A stretch of DNA of 64,000 nt from an uncultured Acidobacteriota bacterium (GTDB lineage: Bacteria > Acidobacteriota > Vicinamibacteria > Vicinamibacterales > CAVVIG01), in NCBI GenBank assembly GCA_963821285.1, contig CAWGDD010000009.1, positions 2,431 to 66,430 of the forward strand. The letters are read 5' to 3'. Below, piece by piece: positions 43,691 to 52,288 of this stretch. Every line of letters begins with the position of its first letter. Within the stretch, counting starts at the first letter, position 1. The notes under the pieces were generated by a model, which was not told where the DNA came from, did not search any database, and saw only the letters and a list, made by a program, of their open reading frames with translations. The translations under genes and the position numbers were made by a program.

Positions 43691-44833
43691 CTTGATTGCC
43701 TGATCGTCGGCGCGGGCCCGGCGGGTGCGGTCGCCGCCACCGTGCTGGCGCGTGCGGGTGCCCGTGTGCGCATCGTGGATCGCAGCACGTTCCCGCGCGA
43801 CAAGCTGTGCGGGGACACGGTCAATCCGGGCACGCTCGGGCTGCTGCGGCGGCTGAAGATGGCGGCCGCGATCGACGCGTGCGGGCTGCCGGTCGCGGGC
43901 ATGCGCGTCACGGGCGAACGCGGCGTCGTGATCGAGGGACGCTACCGGGACGGCGTCGCCGGCCGAGCGCTGCTGCGGCGTCACCTGGACTGGATGCTGC
44001 TGCAGGACGCGCTCGCGGCCGGCGCGCAGTTCGAGCCCGCGTTCACGGTCCGAGGCGCGATCGTGGACGGATCCCGCGTCGCGGGCGCCCGGGTGAGCGG
44101 GCGCCAATTCGACGGCGAGATTCGCGCGCGTGTGACGATCGCGGCCGACGGCCGCCGGTCGACGCTGACGTTCGGGCTGGGGATGGCGCGGCATCCCGCG
44201 CGGCCGCGTCGCTGGGCCATGGGCGCGTACGTCGAGAACACCGCTGTGACCGGGCCGCCTCGCGACCTGGGCGAGATGCACGTGCGCGCGGGACGCTACA
44301 TCGGCGTCGCGCCCGTGCCCGGTGGCCTGACGAATGTCTGCGTCGTGAGGCCGTGGATGCCCGGCGACCGGACGATTGGCGATCCGAAGGCGGCGGTGCT
44401 CGGTGAACTGGCGCGCGACCCGTTGTTGCGCGACCGGTTTGCCGGCGCGCGGCTGGTCGGCACGCCCGCCGTGCTGGGCCCGCTGGCGGTCGACGTCAAC
44501 GACTCCGCACACCTCGAGGGGCTGCTGCTGGCCGGCGACGCTGCGGGGTTCATCGACCCCATGACCGGCGACGGCCTCCGGTTCGCCGTGCGCGGCGCCG
44601 AACTCGCCGCCCTTGCGGCGCTCGACGCGCTCGAACACGGCTGGCACGGCGTGCACGAGCGGCTGGCGATCAGCCGCAGGGCCGAGTTTGCGGGGAAGTG
44701 GCGATTCAACCGCCTGCTGCGGTCGCTCGTCACCTCGCCGGCTGCCGTCGGCGGGGCATCGTGGGGCGCGCGCCTCGCGCCTGCGGGTCTGCGCGCGGCG
44801 ATCGAATACGCCGGAGATGTCGGGTACGCCTGA
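43688..44833 (+). CDS. NAD(P)/FAD-dependent oxidoreductase (geranylgeranyl-reductase-like flavoprotein)
   Basis: DCLIVGAGPAGAVAA..LA..G..V.I.D, KLCGD, and LAGDAAGFIDPMTGDG. Confidence 0.85.
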   Translation: MLDCLIVGAGPAGAVAATVLARAGARVRIVDRSTFPRDKLCGDTVNPGTLGLLRRLKMAAAIDACGLPVAGMRVTGERGVVIEGRYRDGVAGRALLRRHLDWMLLQDALAAGAQFEPAFTVRGAIVDGSRVAGARVSGRQFDGEIRARVTIAADGRRSTLTFGLGMARHPARPRRWAMGAYVENTAVTGPPRDLGEMHVRAGRYIGVAPVPGGLTNVCVVRPWMPGDRTIGDPKAAVLGELARDPLLRDRFAGARLVGTPAVLGPLAVDVNDSAHLEGLLLAGDAAGFIDPMTGDGLRFAVRGAELAALAALDALEHGWHGVHERLAISRRAEFAGKWRFNRLLRSLVTSPAAVGGASWGARLAPAGLRAAIEYAGDVGYA

Positions 44834-45378
44834 AACGGTCGCGCTGCTCGCGATCGTGTTCGTGCCGATGCTCGTCGAGGCCCGGCGCGCGGATCGCAAC
44901 GAACGCGTGCAGTGGGCGCGCGGCGGCATCGAGCCTTCGGGCGATGTCTACCGCCGTGATGCGCATCGCCTACCCGGCCGTGTTTCTCGCGATGATCGTC
45001 GAGGGTGGCGCCGTGCGCCGGCGCAGGCGTTCGCACAGCTCGATTCGGAGCTCGCCGGATGTTCGTCGCGGACTCGGAGCTGGCGATCGCGGGGTTCTTG
45101 CGCTGTTCTGCGGCGACAAGGCGCTCAAGTGGTGGGCCATCGTGTCGCTCGGCCCGGCGTGGACGTTTCGCGTGATCGTCGTGCCGGGTGATGCGCCCGT
45201 CGCCGGCGGCCCGTACACCTGGCTGCGTCATCCGAACTACGTGGGGGTGGTGGGCGAGCTGGTGGGCGTCGCGCTGATGTCGGGCGCGCGCGTGAGCGGG
45301 CCGATCGGCACGCTGGCGTTTTGCGCGCTGATGCTCAGGCGCATCGCCGTCGAGAATCGCGCGCTCCATCGGGTCTAG
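44817..45378 (+). pseudogene. Isoprenylcysteine carboxyl methyltransferase (ICMT)-family protein, at least one frameshift near 44946-44950
   Basis: MSGTPETVALLAIVFVPMLVEARRADRNERVQWARGGIEPSGDVY is in frame 3. It continues as AVMRIAYPAVFLAMIVEG...KALKWWAIVSLGPAWTFRVIVVPG...GPYTWLRHPNYVGVVGEL in frame 1. The segment 45000-45100 may hold further shifts. Confidence 0.6.
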
Positions 45379-45409
45379 CGTGCGCTGAGTGTACAATTCG
45401 CGGCGGCAG

Positions 45410-46872
45410 ATGCCTTCGCCGACCGCCCGCACACCTCTGCCTTCCTCCGAGCCGCGGCGCTGGGTTCGCGCAATCGACGCGCTCTGCCTCGCGCTGGTGG
45501 TGCTGAGCGCCCTCGTCGCGATGTCGGGCGGTTTCCGCGTGCGCCTCGGCCCGCTGCGCGTGGCCGTCACGTCGCCGTACTCGACGCTGCTGTGGGCGTT
45601 CGTCGATCGCGATCGTCCGGCACGTCCTGGCACCGGCGGCGCCGATCTACCGCGACCTGCCGGCGCGGCTGGCCGCGTGGTGGCATCAGCCCGGCGTGCA
45701 CACCGCCGCGATCGTGACGGCGGGGACGCGCCCGGCGATCCTGTTTGTCGGCTACATGGCCGTGCTCGTGTTCGGCTACCCGCCGGGGCCGGCGCCGCCG
45801 GTGCAGATCAACAACGAGCTGGTGAACCTGCAGGCGCGGTGGGACGCCAACTGGTATCTCGGCATCGTGACCGAGGGCTACCACTTCGTGCCGGAACCAG
45901 CCGGGCCTTCAGCAGAGCATCGCCTTCTTCCCGGCCTACCCGCTGCTCGTGCGCGGCGTCGGCCGCATTCTGGGCGGACGGCTGACGAGCTACATCGGCG
46001 CGGGTATGCTCGTCTCGTTCGCGGCGTTTTTCGGGGCGCTCATCTACCTCTACGCGCTGGCGCGCGACACGCTCGAAGAAGACCAGGCGCGCTTCGCGGT
46101 CTGGGCGATGGCGACGTACCCGTTCGCGCTGTTCTTCGGCGCGATCTACGTCGAACCGCTGCTGCTGCTCGGGATGACCGCGACGTTCTACCACTTCACG
46201 CACGGACGGTTCGCGCGCGCCGCGGCCTGGGGTGTGCTGGTTGGTCTGACGAAGACGAACGGGTTTCTGCTCTCGATCCCGCTCGCGATGCTCGCGATCC
46301 AGGTCGGACGCGCGGGGCAGGCCGGGCAGGTCGGGCAGGTCGGGCAGGCCGGGCAGGGCGGGCAGGGCAAGAACGTCGTCACGGCGCTGGCCGCGGCGGC
46401 GATGCCTGGCCTGGGCATGCTCATCTACTCCGCTTACGTCTGGCAGCTGACCGGGGATCCGCTGGGGTGGCTCAGGGCGCACGGCGCGTGGGGCCGGGAG
46501 TATCAGGGGCTCGTGACGCTCGTGGGCGACCGGCTGAACATCATCGCGAACGCCGGCATCGAGGGCTACGTCGCGTCGCTTCCGTACGACCTCATCAACG
46601 CGCTCGGTGCGATCTTCGTGCTGGCCGCGGTCTGGCCGGTGGCCCGCAAGCTCGGTCTGGCCTACGCGGTGTTCATCCTCGTCTTCATGCTGCCGCCGCT
46701 GGCGGCCGGCGGCCTCATCTCGGCCGGGCGCTTCTCGTCCGTGTTGTTCCCCGCGTTCCTCTGGCTGGCCGGTCTGGTGCCGCCGAAACATCGCCCGGCA
46801 TGGCTCGCTTCATTCGCGGCCTTTCAGGCGCTGAACGCGGCCATGTTCTACACCTGGCGCCCGCTGTACTAG
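45410..46872 (+). pseudogene. PIG-V-like/GT-C-type membrane mannosyltransferase, two frameshifts (about 45600-45606 and 45895-45905)
   Basis: Segments MPSPTART...YSTLLWAF (frame 2), IAIVRHVLAPAAPIYRDLP...WDANWYLGIVTEGYHFVPEP (frame 3), and QQSIAFFPAYPLLVRG...to the end (frame 1). Confidence 0.6.
46312..46365 (+). repeat. 9-mer tandem array, 6 x G(G/C/T)CGGGCAG, in frame inside the glycosyltransferase gene
   Basis: Encodes AGQAGQVGQVGQAGQGGQ between two predicted TM segments. Confidence 0.9.
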
Positions 46873-46876
46873 CAGT

Positions 46877-46918
46877 GCAGGCCTTCAGGCCTGCGTGCAG
46901 GCGGGCCTAAAGGCCCGC
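46877..46918. repeat. Two REP-like GC hairpins (GCAGGCC-TTCA-GGCCTGC; GCGGGCC-TAAA-GGCCCGC)
   Basis: Read directly, 5 nt after the stop at 46872. Confidence 0.85.
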
Positions 46919-46948
46919 ACTACTTCAGGTTGTCCATCGCAGCGCGGA

Positions 46949-46954
46949 TATAAT
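46949..46954 (+). promoter_or_regulatory. Perfect TATAAT hexamer 10 nt upstream of the ATG at 46965 (candidate -10 of the MoxR-type operon)
   Basis: TATAAT read directly. No convincing -35 (TTCAGG at 19 nt or TTGTCC at 13 nt). Confidence 0.3.
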
Positions 46955-46964
46955 ACGAGGCGAG

Positions 46965-49511
46965 ATGCCTCGCACCTTCTCGCGCAGGTTCTATCTGCTG
47001 GCGCTGCTGCTGGCGGTCGGCGTGCCGCTGGGCGCCGTGCTGGTGGTGGCGCAGGGACAGCGCCGGGCGCAGGCGCCCGCCACGCCGGCGACGCCGTTCC
47101 AGGCCGCGACTCGTGCCTACATCGAGGGACGGTACGCCGAGGTCGACACGCTCACCGACAAGCTCGATCTGAAGGATCCGAACGTCGTCGCGCTGCGCGG
47201 CCGGGCGGCCATCGCGCGCGGGCTGTACGCCGACGCGGAGTCCGCGTTACAGGCGGCCGCGTCCCGCGCGCCTTCCAGCGAGGCCGCGCTCGAGCTCGGT
47301 CTGCTGCAGCAGATGCTGAGCCGTCCGGCGGCGCGCACGACGCTCTCGCGCGTGGCCGCGCTGGCGGAGACGTCGCAGAACGCGCGTGAACTCGCGCGCG
47401 CGGGCCGTGCCCTGCATGCCCTCGACCTCATTCCGGACGCCAAGACGGCCTTCATCGAGGCGACGCGCCTGGCTCCAAACGATGCCGCGATCGAAGCGGC
47501 CTTCGGCGATCTGTTCCTCGCGAAGTACAACAACGCCGAAGCCGTCAAGTCGTACCAGCGGGTCCTGGAACTCGATCCTCGCTGGGCCCCCGCGCTCATC
47601 GGCGCCGCGCAGGCGCTCGAAAACGACAACCCGCCGCAGGCGGCGGCGCTCGTCAAGCGCGCGATGGAAATCAATCCCAACTCGGTGGACGCGCACGTGT
47701 TTCTCGCGAACCAGGCGATCGACTCCGAGAAGCGCGCCGAGGCGCGCGAGCTGCTGACCAAGGCGCTGGCCATCAACCCGTCCAGCCTCGACGCCCGCGG
47801 CACCCTGGCCGCGCTGGCGTACGTCGAGGACAAACCCCAGGAGTTCGAGGCCGAGGTGGCGAAGGTCCTGGCCATCTCGCCCGGTCACGGCGAGGTGTAC
47901 CGCGTGGCCGGCGAGATGGTCGCGCACAACTACCGGTTCGAAGAAGCCGTGGTGCTGACGCGCAAGGCCCTGGCGCTGACGCCCAACGATCCGCGCGCCC
48001 TGGCCGACCTCGGCGCCCAGCTCCTCCGCACGGGCGACGAGCCCGAAGCACGTTCGGCGCTCGAAGCCTCGTTCAAGATCGATCCGTACGACGTCGTTAC
48101 CTTCAACGCCCTGCGCCTGCTCGACTCGCTCGACAAGTTCGAGACGATCACCGACGGCGATCTCGTCGTCAAGCTGAGCAAGGAAGAAGCGCCGGTCCTC
48201 AAGGAATACACGGTCGCGCTCGCGCATCAGGCGCTCAGCACGATGGCGGCGAAGTACGAATTCACCCCGAAGGGCCCCATCCTCATCGAGATGTTCCCGA
48301 AGCACGACGACTTCGCCGTCAGGACGCTCGGCCTGCCCGGCATGATCGGCGCGCTGGGCGCGTGTTTCGGCCGCGTCGTCACGCTCGACTCGCCGAAGGC
48401 GCGTCCGCCGGGTGAGTTTCAGTGGGAAGCCACGCTCTGGCACGAGCTCGGCCACGTCATTACGCTGCAGATGTCGAACCAGCGCGTGCCGCGGTGGCTG
48501 ACCGAAGGCATCTCCGAATACGAGGAGCGCCGCGCCCATCGCGAATGGGCCCGCCAGATGGACTTCACGTTCGCGTCGCTGCTGAATCGCGACGGAACGA
48601 TCAAGCTCAAGGACCTGAACGCCGCGTTCCAGGATCCGAAGCTCATCGGGATTGCGTACTACGAGGCGTCGCTCGTGGTCGATCACCTGGTGGGCACGTT
48701 CGGACAGAGCGGCCTGAACAGGCTGGTGCGCGCGTACGCCCGCGGCCTCGACACGGAAACGGCGCTCAAGGAGGTGCTGAACACCGACTTCGACAAGCTG
48801 CAGATCGGCTTCGATCAGTACACCGAGCGGACGTTCGGCGCGCTGCAGAAGGCGCTGGTCGTGCCGAAGGACGTCCAGCTCGCGAAGGCCCCGATCGACG
48901 AACTCCGCAAGCTCGCGAACGAGAATCCCCGGAGCTATCCGGTCCAGCTCGCCTACGGACATGCGCTCCGGAAGGCCGGCGGCACCGACGAGGCCATGCA
49001 GGTGTTCGAGCGGGCGGCGGCGCTCGCCCCGAGCGCCACCGGGGATGACAGCCCGCGCGCGCAGATGGCCGAGATCGCGCTCGAGAAGAAGGATCGCGCG
49101 CGCGCGATCTCCGAACTGACGGCGTTCCTGAACGCCGACTTCGAGAACGTCGGCGCCGCGCACAAGCTGGCGTCGCTCCTGAAGGAGGCCGGCGTCACGG
49201 ATCCGGCCCGTCTCCGCCCCGTCTACGAGCGCATCGTCGCGCTCGATCCGTTCGACGGCGACGCCAGGGCGGCGCTCGGGCGGATGGCGATGCAGCGGAA
49301 CGACGTCGACTACGCCGCGCGCGAATTCCGGACCGTGATCGCGCTCAAGCCAATCGATCCGGCCGTCGCGCACACAGACCTGGCCGAGAGCTACCTCAAG
49401 GCGGGCAAGCGCGACGAAGCGAAGCGCCAGACGTTGGCGGCGCTGGAGATCGCGCCCACGTACGAGCGCGCGCAGGACCTTCTGCTGAAGCTGGCGGAGG
49501 CGCGGCCGTGA
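46965..49511 (+). CDS. TPR-repeat protein with embedded HExxH...E metallopeptidase (MA-clan-like) module
   Basis: Signal or anchor N-terminus, multiple TPR-like A..A...A.......P repeats, and WHELGHVITLQ...WLTEGISEYEE. Confidence 0.75.
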   Translation: MPRTFSRRFYLLALLLAVGVPLGAVLVVAQGQRRAQAPATPATPFQAATRAYIEGRYAEVDTLTDKLDLKDPNVVALRGRAAIARGLYADAESALQAAASRAPSSEAALELGLLQQMLSRPAARTTLSRVAALAETSQNARELARAGRALHALDLIPDAKTAFIEATRLAPNDAAIEAAFGDLFLAKYNNAEAVKSYQRVLELDPRWAPALIGAAQALENDNPPQAAALVKRAMEINPNSVDAHVFLANQAIDSEKRAEARELLTKALAINPSSLDARGTLAALAYVEDKPQEFEAEVAKVLAISPGHGEVYRVAGEMVAHNYRFEEAVVLTRKALALTPNDPRALADLGAQLLRTGDEPEARSALEASFKIDPYDVVTFNALRLLDSLDKFETITDGDLVVKLSKEEAPVLKEYTVALAHQALSTMAAKYEFTPKGPILIEMFPKHDDFAVRTLGLPGMIGALGACFGRVVTLDSPKARPPGEFQWEATLWHELGHVITLQMSNQRVPRWLTEGISEYEERRAHREWARQMDFTFASLLNRDGTIKLKDLNAAFQDPKLIGIAYYEASLVVDHLVGTFGQSGLNRLVRAYARGLDTETALKEVLNTDFDKLQIGFDQYTERTFGALQKALVVPKDVQLAKAPIDELRKLANENPRSYPVQLAYGHALRKAGGTDEAMQVFERAAALAPSATGDDSPRAQMAEIALEKKDRARAISELTAFLNADFENVGAAHKLASLLKEAGVTDPARLRPVYERIVALDPFDGDARAALGRMAMQRNDVDYAAREFRTVIALKPIDPAVAHTDLAESYLKAGKRDEAKRQTLAALEIAPTYERAQDLLLKLAEARP

Positions 49512-50308
49512 ACCGGGCGGCCGTGGCCGCCGCCGCGGCGCTGCTCCTCAGCCTGCCCACCGCCGGCTCTGGGCTCGACGGCGCCACCGATGGTCATGAA
49601 AACGTCAACGTGGCCGCCCGCTCCGCCGGGCTGCAGTGGCGCTTCGTTCGCATCAAGTACCACTACGACCCCGCCGCGCTGCGCGCGATGCAACTCGATG
49701 TCTACGGCGAGCCCTGGGGCATCGACTCGCCGGCAGCGGAGCAGAACCTCTCGCGGCGCGTGAAGACCGCGACCTCGATCGCCGTCGAAGATCCCATTCT
49801 GATGACGCTCGACGATCCCCAGCTGTTTGAGCACCCCTGGATCTACATCGTCGAACCGGGAGCGCTCCGCCTGACCGACAGCGAGGCGGCGAACCTGCGC
49901 GAGTTCCTGCTGCGCGGCGGGACGGCGATGCTGGATGACTTTCACGGACCGTACGAGTGGGAGAGCCTCGAACGCCAGCTGCGCAAGGTGTTTCCGGATC
50001 GCCGGATCACCGAGATCACGCCCGACCACCCCGTCTTCAGGTGCTTCTACGCGCTCGAGGCTTACCCGCAGGTCGCGGGCATCGGCTCGTTCCTGGCCGG
50101 GCGCACGTGGGAGAAGGGCGGGCTCGTCCCGCACCTGCGCACCATCCTGGACGATGCCGGGCGGCCGATGCTGTTCATCAACTGGAACACCGACATGGGC
50201 GACGGCTGGGAGTGGTCCAACGTCGAGGAATACCCGGGCTACCTGAAATACACCTCGATGGCCTATCGCATGGCGATCAACGAGATCGTCTACTCCCTGA
50301 CGCACTGA
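49508..50308 (+). CDS. DUF4159-like protein
   Basis: WRFVRIKY.....WGIDSPAAEQNL...V...T....EDP..M.LDDP.LFEHPWIY..E.G...L...EA..LREFLLRGG....DDFHG. The GTG overlaps the upstream stop (GTGA). Confidence 0.7.
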   Translation: MNRAAVAAAAALLLSLPTAGSGLDGATDGHENVNVAARSAGLQWRFVRIKYHYDPAALRAMQLDVYGEPWGIDSPAAEQNLSRRVKTATSIAVEDPILMTLDDPQLFEHPWIYIVEPGALRLTDSEAANLREFLLRGGTAMLDDFHGPYEWESLERQLRKVFPDRRITEITPDHPVFRCFYALEAYPQVAGIGSFLAGRTWEKGGLVPHLRTILDDAGRPMLFINWNTDMGDGWEWSNVEEYPGYLKYTSMAYRMAINEIVYSLTH

Positions 50309-50327
50309 TACGGGTTCCACACCAGAC

Positions 50328-51320
50328 ATGAGTGTTGCTGCTACAGCGGAGAAGGTCGCGGAAGGCCGCGCGCAGATCCTCGCCGAACTGAGAAAGGTCA
50401 TCATCGGCCAGGACGAGGTGGTCGAGGAGGTCCTCATCGCGCTGTTCACGGGCGGACACTGCCTGATCACCGGCGTGCCGGGCCTGGCCAAGACGCTGCT
50501 CATCAAGACGCTGGCCGGCATCCTGGACCTCGACTTCAAGCGCATTCAGTTCACGCCCGATCTGATGCCGTCGGACATCACCGGCACCGAAATTCTTGAC
50601 GAAGACCAGGGTGCACGCCGGCTTCATTTCGTGAAGGGCCCGATCTTCGCGCAGATTATCCTGGCCGACGAGATCAACCGCACGCCGCCGAAGACGCAGG
50701 CGGCGCTGCTCGAGGCCATGCAGGAGGCCCACGTGACGGCCGCGGGGCGGACGTATCCGCTCGAACAGCCGTTCTTCGTCCTCGCCACGCAGAACCCGAT
50801 CGAGCTCGAGGGCACGTATCCGCTGCCGGAAGCGCAGCTCGACCGCTTCATGTTCAACATCGTCATCACGTACCTCAGCCAGGATGATGAGGTGCGGGTG
50901 GTGACGCAGACGACCGGCGGCGCGCAGCCGCTGCCGGCGCGCGTGCTGACCGGGTCCGACATCCTGCAGTTCCAGGAGATCGTGCGTCAGGTGGCGATCG
51001 CCGACGAGATCGCGCGTTATGTCGTCCGGCTCGTCGACGCCTCGCGCCCCGGCCGGCCCGGTGCGCCCGAATTCATCGAGCAGTGGGTGAAGTGGGGCGC
51101 CGGACTCCGCGCGTCGCAGGCGCTCGTGCGCGGCGCCAAGGCGCGCGCGCTGATGCACGGCCGCTATCACGTCTCGGTCAAGGACATCCAGGCGCTTGCG
51201 AAGCCGATCCTGCGTCACCGGATCATGACGAACTTCTACGCCGACTCCGAGCGCATCACCCCCGATGCCATCGTCGATCGGCTGCTGGACGCCGTGCCGG
51301 TGCCGAAGAGCGGGATGTAG
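50328..51320 (+). CDS. MoxR-family AAA+ ATPase
   Basis: LITGVPGLAKTLL, IQFTPDLMPSDITG, ILADEINRTPPKTQAALLEAMQE, VLATQNPIE.EGTYPLPEAQLDRF. Confidence 0.95.
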   Translation: MSVAATAEKVAEGRAQILAELRKVIIGQDEVVEEVLIALFTGGHCLITGVPGLAKTLLIKTLAGILDLDFKRIQFTPDLMPSDITGTEILDEDQGARRLHFVKGPIFAQIILADEINRTPPKTQAALLEAMQEAHVTAAGRTYPLEQPFFVLATQNPIELEGTYPLPEAQLDRFMFNIVITYLSQDDEVRVVTQTTGGAQPLPARVLTGSDILQFQEIVRQVAIADEIARYVVRLVDASRPGRPGAPEFIEQWVKWGAGLRASQALVRGAKARALMHGRYHVSVKDIQALAKPILRHRIMTNFYADSERITPDAIVDRLLDAVPVPKSGM

Positions 51321-51321
51321 G

Positions 51322-52221
51322 ATGCAGGCGAGCGAGGGGAGGTTTCTCGACCCCGCCGTCATCGCGCGCCTCGGCACGCTCGAGCTGAAGGCCAAGACGA
51401 TCGTCGAGGGATTTCTTTCGGGGCTCCATCGCAGCCCGTACAAGGGCCTCAGCGTGGAATTCGCCGAGTACCGGCAGTACATCCGCGGCGACGACCTCTC
51501 GACGATCGACTGGAAGGTCTTCGCGCGCAGCGACCGGTACTACGTCAAGAAGTTCGAAGAGGAAACCAACCTCGACTGCCATCTGATCCTCGATGTGAGC
51601 GGGTCGATGGCCTACCAGTCGCGCGGGCCGAGCAAGTTCGAATACGCCGCCTGCCTGGCCGCCTCGCTCGGCTACCTGATGAGCCGGCAGCGCGACGGCG
51701 TGGGGCTGATGGCGTTCGACGATCGCATTGTCAGCGCCGTACCGGCGAGCACCCGTCCGGGCCATCTGCGCAACCTGCTCGTGGCGCTGTCTCGCCTGCA
51801 TCCCGGCCGCCGCACGAATGTGGCCAGGCCGCTGCGCCAGGTCGCCGAAGCGCTGACCCGGCGCGGTCTGGTGGTCGTCATCTCCGATCTGCTGGACGAC
51901 CCCGAGACGGTCGTGCGCGGCCTCAAGCTCTTTCACCATCGAGGCTCCGACGTCCTTGTCTTTCAGGTGCTCGACCCCGACGAGATCGACTTTCCGTTCG
52001 AGCGGCCCACCCGTTTCGAGGATCTGGAGAGCGCCGAAGCGGTGACGGCGGTGCCCGACGTCGTACGCGAGCACTACCGGAAGGCCATCGGCGACCTCAT
52101 CGATCGCTATCGTCGCGAGCTGGGCGGCGCCGGCATCGATTACCAGCTGCTGAACACGAAGCAACCGCTCGAAATGGCGCTGCTGGCGTATCTCTCGACC
52201 CGATCGAGAACAGCCAAATGA
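51322..52221 (+). CDS. DUF58-domain protein (MoxR partner, VWA-like fold)
   Basis: G.H.SPYKGLSVEFAEYRQYIRGDDLSTIDWKVFARSDRYYVKKFEEET. Starts 1 nt after the MoxR stop. Confidence 0.9.
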   Translation: MQASEGRFLDPAVIARLGTLELKAKTIVEGFLSGLHRSPYKGLSVEFAEYRQYIRGDDLSTIDWKVFARSDRYYVKKFEEETNLDCHLILDVSGSMAYQSRGPSKFEYAACLAASLGYLMSRQRDGVGLMAFDDRIVSAVPASTRPGHLRNLLVALSRLHPGRRTNVARPLRQVAEALTRRGLVVVISDLLDDPETVVRGLKLFHHRGSDVLVFQVLDPDEIDFPFERPTRFEDLESAEAVTAVPDVVREHYRKAIGDLIDRYRRELGGAGIDYQLLNTKQPLEMALLAYLSTRSRTAK

Positions 52222-52280
52222 ACCACGAAGATCACGAAGCCCACAAAGCTATCCTTGGTGGTCTTTGTGTGCTTTGTGGT
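52222..52280. repeat. Inverted pair of 9-mer arrays (ACCACGAAG ATCACGAAG CCCACAAAG / CTTGGTGGT CTTTGTGTG CTTTGTGGT)
   Basis: Read directly. Imperfect hairpin with G-U pairs. It fills the DUF58 to BatA-like junction. Confidence 0.9.
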
Positions 52281-52288
52281 TCTGAATT

